Positions 12,207-25,475 are shown, counted from the stretch's first letter. The stretch: 64,000 nucleotides of DNA from Rebecca billardiae RCC1528 (GCA_965240325.2 OZ251230.1:62001-126000), one strand, 5' to 3'. Program-made: numbers and translations. Notes: generated by a model from the letters alone, not told the origin.

Positions 12207-13838
12207 AGCACGCCGAGCGGGCTGGTGTGCACGGACGTGAACGCGACGGCCTTCTGCCACGCGCCGTGCTTGCCCTCGCCGCCATCGCCGCCGCCGCCGC
12301 CGCCAAGCCCGCCGCCGCCGCAGCCGCCAGCGAGCCCGCCGCCGCCCTCGCCCAGCCCGCCACCGCCGCCCTCGCCGCCGCCGAGCCCGCCGCCGCCGCC
12401 GCCGCCCTCGCCGCCGCCGCCGCCCTCGCCGAGCCCGCCGCCGCCGCCGCCGCCGCCAAGCCCGCCGCCCCCGCCGCCACCCGACCACCCGCCGCCGCCG
12501 CCCTCGCCCAGCCCGCCGCCGCCGCCCTCGCCGCCGCCGAGCCCGCCGCCGCCGCCGCCGCCCTCGCCGCTGCCGCCGCCCTCGCCGAGCCCGCCGCCGC
12601 CACCAAGCCCGCCGCCACCGCCGCCACCCGACCACCCGCCGCCGCCGCCGTCGCCGAGCCCGCCACCGCTGCCTTCGCCGCCCTCGCCACCGCCGAGCCC
12701 GCCGCCGCCGCCGCCGCCCTCCTCGCCGCCGCCGCCCTCGCCGAGCCCGCCGCCGCCACCAAGCCCGCCGCCGCCGCCGCCGCCCGACCACCCGCCGCCG
12801 CCGCCGTCGCCGAGCCCGCCGCCGCCGCCCTCGCCTCCGCCGAGCCCGCCGCCGCCGCCGCCGCCCTCGCCGCCGCCGCCGCCCTCGCCGAGCCCGCCGC
12901 CACTGCCGAGCCCTCCGCCGCCGTCGCCGAGCCCGCCGCCGCCGCCCTCGCCGCCGCCGAGCCCGCCGCCGCCGCCGCCGCCCTCGCCGCCGCCGCCGCC
13001 CTCGCCGAGCCCGCCGCCACTGCCGAGCCCTCCGCCGCCGTCGCCGAGCCCGCCGCCGCCGCCCTCGCCGCCGCCGAGCCCGCCGCCGCCGCCGCCGCCC
13101 TCGCCGCCGCCGCCGCCCTCGCCGAGCCCGCCGCCGCCACCAAGCCCGCCGCCGCCGCCGCCGCCCGACCACCCGCCGCCGCCGCCGTCGCCGAGCCCGC
13201 CACCGCTGCCTTCCCCGCCCTCGCCGCCGCCGAGCCCGGCGCCGCCGCCGCCGCCCTCCTCGCCGCCGCCGCCGTCGCCGAGCCCGCCGCCGCCGCCGCC
13301 GCCGCCGCCAAGCCCGCCGCCCCCGCCGCCACCCTCGGCGCCGCCGCCGCCGTCGCCGAGCCCGCCGCCGCCGCCTTCGCCGCCGCCGAGCCCGCCGCCA
13401 CCGCCGCCACCCTCGCCGCCGCCGCCGCCGTCGCCGAGCCCGCCGCCACTACCGAGCCCGCCACCGCCCTCGCCAAGCCCGCCGCCGCCGCCCTCGCCCC
13501 CGCCGAGCCCGCCGCCGCCGCCGCCGCCCTCGCCGCCGCCGCCGCCGTCGCCGAGCCCGCCGCCGCCCCCATCGCCGCCGCCGCCGCCGCCACCCGACCA
13601 CCCGCCGCCGCCGCCGTCGCCGAGCCCGCCGCCGCCGCCCTCGCCGCCGCCGAGCCCGCGCCCGCCGCCGCCGCCCTCGCCGCCGCCTCCGCCGCCGTCG
13701 CCGAGCCCGCCGCCACCACCGAGCCCTCCGCCGCCTTCGCCCAGCCCGCCGCCGCCGCCGTCGCCCCCGCCGCCGCCGCCGTCGCCGAGCCCCCCGCCGC
13801 CGCCGTCGCCGCCGCCGCCGCCGAGCCCGCCGCCGCCG

Positions 13839-13871
<33 letters not shown>

Positions 13872-16800
13872 CCGCCCAGCCCGCCGCCGCCGCCGCCGCC
13901 CTCGCCGCCGCCTCCGCCCACGCCGCCGCCGCCCTCCCCGCCGCCGCCCGCGGTGTGCTCGGTGTCGGGCACCGACCCGTGGCGCTGGGGCTGGCCCAAG
14001 CTGGGCTGCTGCGCGGGGCTGGAGGAGTGCCTGGGCGACTGGGACTCGGACGGCACCGCCACGTTCCTCTGCCTCGAGTGCTGCACGCAGCCGCCGCACC
14101 CGTCCATGTGCACCGCGGCCGAGGGCGACCCGTGGGCGTCGGGCGCGCACAAGCCGTGCTGCAAGGGCACCGCCGAGTGCCTCGGCAACTACGCGCCCGC
14201 GGAGGGCGCGTGGGTCTTCCGCTGCTTCGAGGGCGAGGCGTGCCCGCCCTTCCCGGAGGCGCCGTCCGCGCCGCCCGCGCCCTCCGCGCCGCCCGCGCCC
14301 TCCTCGCCGCCCGCCGTGCCCGAGGGCATCGCCGTGTGCGAGTCGATCGGCGACCCGCACTTCAGCACGTGGGGCGGCGTGCGGTACGAGTTCCAGGGGC
14401 TGGGCGCGTACGACCTGGCGGACGTGCCTGATGCGGGGCTGCGCGTGCAGACGTACCAGTGCGTGTGGGGCGCGGCCGCGTCGGTGAACGCCGCGATCGC
14501 CGTCGAGCTCGGCGCGCACACCTTCGAGCTGTACGGCGAGACGCTCCTCGTCGACGGCTCCGCGGCCACCTTCCACGCGGCGCTCGCGCACGGCGCGGGC
14601 GCGTACACGCTGCCGGACGGCACAGCGCTCACCCTCAACCTGGGGCAGGGCGTCGAGCCCAACCTCGTGCTGCAGACGGTGTTCATCGCGCTGGGGCACA
14701 CGGAGGTGCGCCTCTTCCGACGCACGGGGTACGGCGGCTCCGTCTCGCCCACCGCGCACTGGTTCGACGTGTACGTGCGCACGCCCGAGCAGCACGTGCT
14801 GCCGTCGGCACCGGAGCGGGGCACGCTGTGCGCGGCCAACGGCACCGCGGCGCGCAGGCTGGGCGACTGGGAGCTGCTCTTCACGACGGGCGCGCACGCG
14901 TTCACGCGCATGCGCGAGACGTGCGGCGACGAGGACGGCCGCCCCGAGATGCCGTGCGACCGCCCGGGCCTCGACTGCTGCCTGATGCCAATGCCGCACG
15001 CGCACGGCCTGTGCGCGCACCTGCTGTGCGACCCGCTCGCGCACGGCCGCTGCATGTACGACTGCTGCCTCGCCGGCGTGGACGAGTGCCAGGCGGCGTA
15101 CCCCGACCCGGCGGTGTGCCCGCCGCCGCCGCCGCCGCCGAGCCCGCCGCCGAGCCCGCCGCCGCCGAGCCCCCCGCCGCCGAGCTCGCCGCCGCCGCCG
15201 CCGCCGAGCCCGCCGCCACCCTCGCCGCTGCCACCGCCGCCGCCCTCGCCACCGCCGCCCTCGCCACCTCCGCCGAGCCCGCTGCCGCCGCCGCCGCCCT
15301 CGCCGCCGCCGCCGAGCCCGCCGCCACCCTCGCCGCTGCCGCCGCCACCGCCCTCGCCGCCGCCGCCGTCGCCACCTCCGCCGAGCCCGCTGCCGCCGCC
15401 GCCGCCCTCGCCGCCGCCGCCCAGCCCGCCGCCACCCTCGCCGCTGCCACCACCACCGCCCTCACCTCCGCCGCCGTCGCCGCCGCCTCCGTCGCCGCCA
15501 CCGCCTCCGCCGCCGTCGCCGCCGCCGCCGTCGCCGCCACCGCCTCCGCCGCCGTCGCCGCCGCCATCACCGCCGCCGCCGTCGTCGCCGCCGCCTCCGC
15601 CGGCCGAGCTGGTGCTGCACTTCACGCTCGACGGCCGTCTCTCGGACGAGGCGGGCGGCGCCTCGCCGCTCGCGCCGCTCGACGGCTCGGGCGGTGCGCG
15701 CGCTGGGTTTGAGGGCGCGTCTGGCGGCGTGGACGGCTGGGGCTACGAGGAGGCGGCGCGGTGCAAGGTGGGCCGGTGCGTGCGCTTCGACGGCGACCTG
15801 CAGCTGCTCGACGGCCCGCCGCCGTCGACGGGCGGCAGCTCGCGCACCGTGGCGTTCTGGTTCGAGCAGCCCGGCCCGTCGGCCGCGGACGCGGGTCTGG
15901 TGTCGTACGGCGCGGACTCCCCGGGTGGCCTCTTCGAGGTGCACACGGCGGGCGGCAGCGTGTGCGTGAGCACGGGCGCGCAGACGCTGTGCGACAGCGC
16001 GGCACACCCGCTGGGCACGCCGGTGCACGTGGTCGCGACGTACGAGTCCGGCACGGCCGAGCTCACGCTGTACGTGGACGGCAGCCCCGTCTCGACGGCG
16101 CCTGCGAGCGTGCCGCTGTCCACCGCCGGAGCGGGCTCGGTGCGTCTGGGCGCGGGCGTGCGGCCGGGCAGCGCGCCGCTGCTGGGCGCGCTGGACGACG
16201 TGGGCTTCTGGGTGCGCGCGCTCAGCCCGGCGCAGGTCGCGCAGATCTTCGCGGACGCGGACGCGGACATCAACCAGGCGGGCGTTGCGCTCTCGCCACC
16301 GCCGCCCTCGCCGCCGCCCAGCCCGCCGCCGAGCTCGCCGCCGAGCTCGCCGCCGACGCCGCCGCCGCCGTCGCCGCCGCCGCCTCCGCCACCGAGCCCA
16401 CCACCGTCGCCGCCGCCATCACCGCCGCCGCCGTCGCCGCCGCCACCACCGCCACCGAGCCCGCCGCCGTCGCCGCCGCCATCGCCGCCGCCGCCGTCGC
16501 CGCCACCGCCGCCGCCGCCGAGCCCGCCGCCGTCGCCGCCGCCATCACCGCCGCCGCCGTCGTCGCCGCCGCCTCCGCCGGCCGAGCTGGTGCTGCACTT
16601 CACGCTCGACGGCCGTCTCTCGGACGAGGCGGGTGGCGCCTCGCCGCTCGCGCCGCTCGACGGCTCCGGCGGTGCGCGCGCTGGGTTTGAGGGCGCGTCT
16701 GGCGGCGTGGACGGCTGGGGCTACGAGGAGGCGGCGCGGTGCAAGGTGGGCCGGTGCGTGCGCTTCGACGGCGACCTGCAGCTGCTCGACGGCCCGCCGC

Positions 16801-19800
16801 CCTCGACGGGCGGCAGCTCGCGCACCGTGGCGTTCTGGTTTGAGCAGCTCGGCCCGTCGGCCGCGGACGCGGGTCTGGTGTCGTACGGCGCGGACTCCCC
16901 GGGTGGCCTCTTTGAGGTGCACACGGCGGGCGGCAGCGTGTGCGTGAGCACGGGCGCGCAGACGCTGTGCGACAGCGCGGCACACCCGCTGGGCACGCCG
17001 GTGCACGTGGTCGCGACGTACGAGTCCGGCACGGCCGAGCTCACGCTGTACGTGAACGGCAGCCCCGTCTCGACGGCGCCTGCGAGCGTGCCGCTGTCCA
17101 CCGCCGGAGCGGGCTCGGTGCGTCTGGGCGCGGGCGTGCGGCCGGGCAGCGCGCCGCTGCTGGGCGCGCTGGACGACGTGGGCTTCTGGGTGCGCGCGCT
17201 CAGCCCGGCGCAGGTCGCGCAGATCTTCGCGGACGCGGACGCGGACATCAACCAGGCGGGCGTTGCGCTCTCGCCACCGCCGCCCTCGCCGCCGCCCAGC
17301 CCGCCGCCGAGCTCGCCGCCGAGCTCGCCGCCGACGCCGCCGCCGCCGTCGCCGCCGCCGCCTCCGCCACCGAGCCCACCACCGTCGCCGCCGCCATCAC
17401 CGCCGCCGCCGTCGCCGCCGCCACCACCGCCACCGAGCCCGCCGCCGTCGCCGCCGCCATCGCCGCCGCCGCCGTCGCCGCCACCGCCGCCGCCGCCGAG
17501 CCCGCCGCCGTCGCCGCCGCCATCACCGCCGCCGCCGTCGTCGCCGCCGCCTCCGCCGGCCGAGCTGGTGCTGCACTTCACGCTCGACGGCCGTCTCTCG
17601 GACGAGGCGGGTGGCGCCTCGCCGCTCGCGCCGCTCGACGGCTCCGGCGGTGCGCGCGCTGGGTTTGAGGGCGCGTCTGGCGGCGTGGACGGCTGGGGCT
17701 ACGAGGAGGCGGCGCGGTGCAAGGTGGGCCGGTGCGTGCGCTTCGACGGCGACCTGCAGCTGCTCGACGGCCCGCCGCCCTCGACGGGCGGCAGCTCGCG
17801 CACCGTGGCGTTCTGGTTTGAGCAGCTCGGCCCGTCGGCCGCGGACGCGGGTCTGGTGTCGTACGGCGCGGACTCCCCGGGTGGCCTCTTTGAGGTGCAC
17901 ACGGCGGGCGGCAGCGTGTGCGTGAGCACGGGCGCGCAGACGCTGTGCGACAGCGCGGCACACCCGCTGGGCACGCCGGTGCACGTGGTCGCGACGTACG
18001 AGTCCGGCACGGCCGAGCTCACGCTGTACGTGAACGGCAGCCCCGTCTCGACGGCGCCTGCGAGCGTGCCGCTGTCCACCGCCGGAGCGGGCTCGGTGCG
18101 TCTGGGCGCGGGCGTGCGGCCGGGCAGCGCGCCGCTGCTGGGCGCGCTGGACGACGTGGGCTTCTGGGTGCGCGCGCTCAGCCCGGCGCAGGTCGCGCAG
18201 ATCTTCGCGGACGCGGACGCGGACATCAACCAGGCGGGCGTTGCGCTCTCGCCACCGCCGCCCTCGCCGCCGCCCAGCCCGCCGCCGAGCTCGCCGCCGA
18301 GCTCGCCGCCGACGCCGCCGCCGCCGTCGCCGCCGCCGCCTCCGCCACCGAGCCCGCCACCGTCGCCGCCGCCATCGCCGCCGCCGCCGTCGCCACCACC
18401 GCCGCCGCCGCCGAGCCCGCCGCCGTCGCCGCCGCCATCACCGCCGCCGCCGTCGCCGCCGCCACCACCGCCACCGAGCCCGCCGCCGTCGCCGCCGCCA
18501 TCGCCGCCGCCGCCGTCGCCACCACCGCCGCCGCCACCGAGCCCGCCGCCGTCGCCGCCTCCGTCCTCGCCGCCGCCGCCGCCGCCCAACCCCTCGCCGC
18601 CGCCGCCCTCGCCGCCGCCGAGCCCGCCCTCGCCGCCCTCGCCCCCGCCCCCGTGCGGCGGCGGCACGGCCATCTCGACGCTGCCGTACGACAGCGGCGC
18701 GCCCGAAGGGCTCACGTGCGTGCAGGAGGGGCGCGCGGGCTCGCTGCCCGCGCCGAGCGTGCCCGCGCCGGTGGCGGGCGCGCAGGCGTGCGCGGAGGCG
18801 CTGGTGGGGTCGTGCGACACGATGGCCCTCGCCTTCTACCCCGCGGCCGGCAGCTGCCACTGCTGCCCGCCCGGCTTTGAGCGCGGCGCCGTGCGGCCGT
18901 CGCTCGACAAGGACGCGCAGCTGCTGCGCATGGCGTGGCTGTGCTCGCCGGAGCCGCCGCCGCCCGCGCCGCCGGGCGCGCCGCCGAGCCCGCCGCCGCC
19001 GCCGCCGCCCGCGCCGCCCTCGCCGCCCTCGCCGCCGCTGCCGCCCTTCCCGCCCGCCGCCAACTGCACGCTGTACGTCGTCGACGCCGAGAGCAGCGCG
19101 GCGGTCGACTGGTCGGACGGCGCGACGCGCGCGGCCGCCGAGCTCGCGCTCGCGCGCGAGCTGCGCGTGCCGCCGTCGTTTGTGAGCATCACGCTCGCGC
19201 CGCCGGGCCCGCCGAGCATCCTCTCGACCGGCGTGACGCTGCTCGTCCGCGTGTGCGGCGCCGACCTGTCCTCGCTCTCCGCGGACGACCTCGCCGACCT
19301 GCTCGGCGTGGGCGTGGACGCGCCCGCGGAGGAGGCAAACTCGGGCTGCCTCGACCCGTTCGCGCTCAACTTTGCGTCGGGCGCGGTGTTCGACGCGCCT
19401 TCGACGTGCGTGTACCCCACGTCGGAGATGCTGCTGAGCACCGCGCTGCCGCAGCTGCCCCCCGCCGTCGCGCGCCTGCTCAACGCCACCGACGCGGCGG
19501 AGAAGCTCGCCGCCGCGGCCAACATTGACGCGGTCGTGGACGAGATCGTCAAGGCGATCCAGTCGGACATCGGCGAGGGCGGCGAGGCGAGCCTGTACGT
19601 GCCGACGCAGGTGGGCGGCGTGACGTTCGTCACGAGGCGCGAGGCGCCCGCCGACCTCGCCGCCGCCGCGTCCGCGCCCGCCGGCCCGCCCGGCTCCTCG
19701 CCGCCCGCGTCGGCCGTGCCCGCCGCCAGCCCGTTCGAGGGCGCGCTCGACGAGCAGCCCTTCCCCGCGCAGCCCTTCCCCGCGCCGGCGGGCTCGGGCG

Positions 19801-21592
19801 GCGAGGAGGAGTGCGTGGTCGTGCCGGTCGCGGTGTGGAGCGGGCTGGCGGCGAAGGGGATGCTCGGCCCGGGCGGCCTCGCCGCGCCCGCCGGCCGGCT
19901 GTACGTCTCGGCCGTGTACTGGCAGACCAACTACCGCGCGCGCGCCGTGCCGTTTGGCGAGGTGGCGGCCGACGGCAGCGGCGCGCACGCGACGGGCGGG
20001 CTGGCGTCGGTGAGCCTGTGGCTGGGCGGGCCGGGCGGGAACGGCGTGCAGCTGCCCGTCGAGGGCCTCGCCCCCGACGAGTCCGTCTCGGTCTGCCTGC
20101 AGGTCAACGCGTCCGCGCCGTACGCGCTGGCGGAGGCGACCGGCTTCTCCGAGGCGAGCGGCGCGTTCGAGTGCGCGTACTGGGACGCGGCCGCGCAGGG
20201 CTGGAGCGACGACGGGCTCAGCCTGGGCGCGCAGCCCGACCCGTGGCTGGGCGAGGTGACGCTGCGCTGCGGCACGAGCCATCTCACCGAGTTCGCCCCG
20301 CTCGTGCGCGTGCTCGCCCCCGCGCCCGCTGCCGGGGGCGACGACGTGCTCGTGCTGCAGGGCCTGGCCTCCTCCATCGAGCTGCACCGCTTCAACTGGG
20401 CGGGCATCGCGACGGTGGGCGCGCTGCTGCTCTCGTACCTCGTGATGCTGTGGCTGGCGCGCGCGCACGACGAGGAGCTGCGCACCGAGCCGCGCATGCC
20501 CGTGTGGAAGCAGCTCGAGTTCGACCGCGGCGGCTGCTGCGCGCCGCTGCTCGCCGCGCTGTACGCGCACCACTCGCTCTCGTGGGCGCTCGCGAGGCTG
20601 CCGGGCGAGCGGCTGACGGCGCGGCAGCGCGCGACGATCACGTGGTCCGGGCTGTTCGCGCTGGTGGGCGCGCTCGCGCTCTCGTACGGCGCGCCCGCCG
20701 TGCGCGCCGCCGCGGGCCTGTGGGCGTGCGCGCTCTTCGCGCTCTGCTGCCTGCTGCTGGCCGTCTGGCTGCTCGTGCTGCTGTGGCGCTGGGCGAACGC
20801 GCGCGAGCAGTTTGGCGAGCTCAAGGCGCGGCTGATCCGCCAGTCGCACAAAGAGCTGCGCGCGCGGAGCAAGCGAGCGAAGAGCGCGCCGCCCGCGTCG
20901 GCGCGTCTCTCCATGCGCGCCGCCGAGCCGCGCCGCGTGCCCGCCACGCCGGACGCGCGGCTCGAGCGCCCGCCGCCGCGGCCGGACGGCACAGCGTCGG
21001 GGCGGCCGCGCTGGTCGGAGCTGACGCCGCGCACAAAGGAGGCGCGGCACGCGGCGGCGGCCAAGGCGCTGCGCCCGGCGGCGGAGGGCGCGCTCGTCGG
21101 CGTGCACCGCGCGGCGCCGCGCCGGCTGCTCTACGTCTGCCCGCCGCACGTCGGGCGCGGCGGCCCCGCGCCGCCCCTCGCCGAGCCCAAGCACGAGGCG
21201 CTCGTGCCCGCGCGCGCGCTCGTCTCGGCCGTGACGGTGCGCGGAGAGATGGTCGGCTTCTTCGTGCGCACGAGCAGGCGGCGCGTGCGCCCGCCGCTGC
21301 CGCCGCGCGCGCGCGCCGCCGCCGCGCCCGTCGCGCCGCAGAAGCTCGACTCGTGGCGCGGCGCGTACGCCGACGCCCCCGCCTCCGACTCCGAGCTCGA
21401 CGGCGGTGGCAGTCCCAAGGAGGACGAGTGGGGCGGCGCGTACGACTCGGAGGGCGGTGAGAGCGAGCGGGGCGGCGCGCGGAAGGTCGACTCGTGGCGC
21501 GGTGCGTACGCCGAGTCGGCGCCGCACTCCGCGCGCGCCGAGGGCAACGCCGAGGGCAAGGTGGACGCGGAGTGGCGCGGCGCGTACTCGGA

Positions 21593-21625
<33 letters not shown>

Positions 21626-24600
21626 CGGCGACGCCGCCGCGCGCGCGTGGCGTGCCGCCCACGGCCTGAGCGTGCAGCTGCCCACCTCGGCGCGCGGCCT
21701 GCCGCACTCCGCGCGCTCGGGCAGCGACGCGGGCTGGTCGTCGACGGACGCCGGGCTCAGTACGCTCGGCCTCTCAAAGGGCACCACGCCCAACCACAGC
21801 GCGCGGGCGCACGGCCGCGCGCGCGCCACCTCTGACGGCGAGTCTGTGGGCCTCTCGTCGGTGGCGCTCTCGCTCACGCCGCGCGAGCACGCGCACGCGC
21901 ACGCGCACGCGGCGCAGCAGCAGCAGCAGCAGCAGCAGCGCGGGAGCGGCGGCGAGTCTGCGCGCTCGGGCTCGTCGCGCGGCGGGTGCGCGGGCGCGAA
22001 GTACGCGCACTCGTCCACCACCGACTCTGTCGACTGGTCGATCGCCGACACCAACCCCACCTCCAACCCCGCCTCGGGCCGCGGCGCCGCGCGCGCGTCC
22101 GCGGCCTCCGGCCCGCTGCCGCCCGGCCGCGCGTCCGGCGCGGCCGCGCCCGACTCGTCGCGCGGCTCGGTGGAGGAGGAGGCGTCGGTCTGGTCGATCG
22201 GGATGACCACGCCCGCGATGACGCCCAACGGGTGCGGCAGCCCCGCGCGCCGCCTCGGGCGCTCGTCGCTGCGCTCGGCCACCTCTGCGTCCGAGCACGA
22301 GCTGCAGCTGCAGCCGCAGCAGCAGCAGCAGCAGCCCTCGGCGCTGCTCCCGCCCGGACTGGCGACGATCCCGTCGGAGGCGGTGCTGCCGGCCGAGGCG
22401 GCGCGCGCCGGCGGGTGCGGGCCGCACTCGGCGCGCGACTCGTCGAGGCCCGACTCGGTCGACTGGTCGATCGGCCTCTCGAGCGCACCCGGCAGCGCGC
22501 GCACCAGGCGCACGCGGCCGGCGCGCGGCTCGGCGCGCTCGGCGCACAGCGCGTCCGACGGCGGCGCGTGGGAGATCGGCGCGCCCTCCACCGTCGGCGC
22601 GTCGACGGCGCGCACGCCGCGCGCGCACCGCGCGCCGGGCGGCGCCGCCGGCGCGTCGGGCGCGTCCTCCACCGACTCGACCGAGTACGACTTCCAGATC
22701 GGCGCGCTCTCCGACACGCGGCGCAGCGGGCGCAGCGGGCGCAGCGCGGGCGGCGGCACCGAGCCCGACTCGGTCGACTGGGAGATCGGCGCGCCCGAGA
22801 CGACGCCGCGCACGGGCGGCGGGCGGCGGCGCGGCGGCGGCGCCGCCGCCGCCGACTCGCAGCGCTCCGCCGCGCCGCCGTCCGCCTCGGAGGACGAGTG
22901 GGCGATCGGCGCCGACTCGACGGCGCGCTCGGCCGCGGCTGACGAGCCCGGCGCGCCGCACGCCGCCGAAGGCGCGCGGCGCGCCGGCCGCGCTGGGCTC
23001 TTTGGCGGCGCGGGCGGCAGCTGGTCTGGCTGGCTGTCGGCGCGCGGCGCGCGGCGCGCGGAGGACGAGGCGGAGGCGGAGGCGGCCGCGGCGGCGCGCG
23101 CGGTCACGCCGCCGCCGAGCGGCGGCGGCGGCGCGGAGTCCGTGCCGCCCCCGCCCGGCCCGCCCTCGCCGCAGCCGCCGCACGCCGCCGTGCCCGGTCT
23201 CGAGCTGCCCGCGCGCGGCGGCGGCGGGCGGCGCGGCTCGCTGCCGCCGCCGCAGCCGCCGGCCGCCCCGCACCACGGCGTGGCGGACGTGGCCTCGCTC
23301 GCGCTCGCGCAGCGGCGCGGCTCGGTGCCCGCGCTGCAGCTCGGCGGCGGCAGCCGGTGCGGCAGCGGCTCGGGCGGCAGCGCCGCCGGCGGCTGGCACC
23401 TCGTGCGGCGCGCGTCTCTCGGCAAGCGGCCGCCGCTGCCGCCCGAGCACGCGCCGCGCCACTCCGCGCGCGCCGAGCACCGCGTCGAGAGCTTCGTCGA
23501 GGCATACGAACAGACGGCGGCGGTGGGCGAGCCCGGGCTGCTCGACCCGGGCCTGTTCACGCGGCGCGAGGGCGACGAGGGCGACGTGTTGTCCGTGCGC
23601 GCGGCCTCGCTCTGCTCGGGCACGGACGGCGCGGGCTCGTGCGCCGCCCCGCCGCACCGCTTCACGCGCGCGGGCTCGGGCGCGTCGTACGCGCTCTCGC
23701 TCGGCTCGCGCAGCAGCAGCTTGGGCGGCTCGGAGCTGGACTCGGCGCTGCGGGAGGGCGCGGTGCGGCCGCAGAGCGCGCGCTCCGCCGCCGCCTCGTC
23801 CGCCGCCTCGCGCGCGCGCGCGGCCAACGAGCAGCGCCGCGCCGCCGCGCCGCCGCCGCCGCCGCCGCCCGAAGCCGCGGCCGCGCCGCTGCCGCCGCCG
23901 CGCGTGCCGCCGCTGCCGCCCTTCTCGCGCGAGGCCGACTCCGCGCTACCCTCGACCGCTCGCACGGGCACGCACCGCTCTGCCTCCTCGACTGACAGCT
24001 GCAGCTACGACGAGTGCGGCAGCGGCAGCTACTCGTGGCGCTCGTCCAAGTCGGGCAGCTGCTCGTCCGCGACCGCCTCCGGCCGGCGCGGCGCGGACAG
24101 CTGGCGCTCCGACATGTCCAAGCCAGGCGGCGGCGGCGGCGGCGGCGGCGCGGCGCCCATCGTGCAGCCGCGGCCGGCGCGCAAGAGCGGGATGGCGCGG
24201 CTGGCGGCGGCGGTGCGCGGCGGCATCGCGCCCGCGCACCCGCCGCCGCGCGCCGCCAAGGACGGCGGCGTCGAGCGCCCCGCCGCGTGCCCGCCGTACG
24301 TGTTCGTGCAGGCGCGGCTGGTGTACGCGGCCGGCAGCGTGCCCGCCGAGCTGAGCGCGAGCGCGTACAAGCACCTGAGCGGCGACGCGGCGCGGCGGCT
24401 GGCGGGGGGCTCGGAGGCGCTCGTGCTTGTGCGGCCGGTCGGCGGCTCGCCGCTGCCTGGCGGGCGCGTGATCGAGGTGGCCGACGTGATGGCCGAGCCC
24501 GACGTCGCGCGCGCGCACATCCTGCGCGCGTACGAGGCGCGGCCCGAGGAGCTCGGCCGCGCGGGCGCGGTGCGCGCGTACACGCGCGTCTCGCGCCGCA

Positions 24601-25031
24601 CGCTGCTGCACGCCGAGCTGTGGTGGTCCAAGCCGGCGGCCTGGCGCATCGCCCTCGCGTACGGCCTCTGCTTTGCGCTCTGGGCGCTGTGCGCCGCGTG
24701 GGTGATCTACGAGTCGCTCACGGACGACCTGCGCTACCTGGGCAGCGCGCACACGTGGATGCGCACGTTCGGGCTCGGCTCGGTGTGCGCGTGGCTGCTG
24801 CTCGCGCTGCTGCTCGAGCCCGCGTACGCGGCGGCGCGCCGGTTCCTGCCCTCGCGCTGGGACGCGGAGCCCGAGGCCGCGGTGGCCGAGTGGGAGGTGC
24901 ACGACGGCGCGCGCTTCGAGGTGAGCGCCGCCGCGCCGACCTCGGCGCGCACGCCGGTCGCGCTCGTGCGGCCGTCCGACGAGCCGCACGCCGACGGCGC
25001 CGGCGGCGGCGCCGTCTCGCAGCGGCTCTGA
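11055..25031 (+). CDS. Giant single-exon polycystin-1-like (GAIN/GPS) adhesion receptor, 4658 aa: signal peptide, beta-helix repeats, extensin-like SPn tracts, Cys-rich repeats, VWD, 3x LamG, GAIN/GPS, 5 TM
   Basis: Signal peptide MRVLLLALLAPLLPGLARG; GGA(I/V/L) beta-helix repeats; VWD start CESIGDPHFSTWGGVRYEFQG; LamG motif GALDDVGFWVRALSPAQV; GPS CAYWD..GWSDDG..LRCGTSHL|TEF; PKD1-type HH..LARLPGERLTARQRATI motif before TM2. The ORF-track start at 10230 lies in the transposon TIR. Confidence 0.85.
12272..13950 (+). repeat. Extensin-like Ser-Pro(n) coding repeat tract; further tracts at 15121-15602 and between and after the LamG copies
   Basis: (CCG)n-rich DNA encoding SPPPP/SPSPPPP units with periodic PDH. 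Confidence 0.9.
15603..18536 (+). repeat. Three tandem 978-bp units (LamG domain plus Pro linker)
   Basis: The unit start GCCGAGCTGGTGCTGCAC recurs at 15603, 16581 and 17559. The LamG parts of copies 2 and 3 look identical; copy 1 differs at a few sites (EQPG/EQLG, YVDG/YVNG). Confidence 0.93.
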
Positions 25032-25475
25032 GCCCTCCGGACGCTGGAGGCAGGCAGACGTCTGGCAGTCTGGAGACGCAGGAGAGGCGGCGGCGCACGC
25101 GGCCGCGCCCTCACGCGGACTGCGCGCGCTGCACGCAGCACGCACACAGCTGCCAGCGCGCGCCGCGTGCGCGCGCGGCATTACGAGTGAGTCTTCTTTC
25201 CGCATGTCGCCTGAGCACTGCGCATGCCATGTCCGAACTGCACACGCTCGTCACTCGTCAGTGTTTCCCGCGGCACGAAAATAATAAATAATTAACCGCC
25301 TCAATACCCCCATACCGCGCGGGTTTTCATTTTTCATCATCGCATACGTTCAACGTAGTCGTATCCGCCCGCGCAATTTATTTAGTTTTCAGAGTTTTCT
25401 TTCGGTACGCGGGTAGTCGTCGATTTTCTGTGCTTGCAAGCGCGCCACGCGGCTGACGCGGCCGAGCCGACGACG

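Noticed and set aside
11064-25205. Long Gly-, Arg- and Ala-rich ORFs overlapping the giant gene
   Set aside because: Shadow frames of CCG repeats and GC3 bias, where stop codons are rare.
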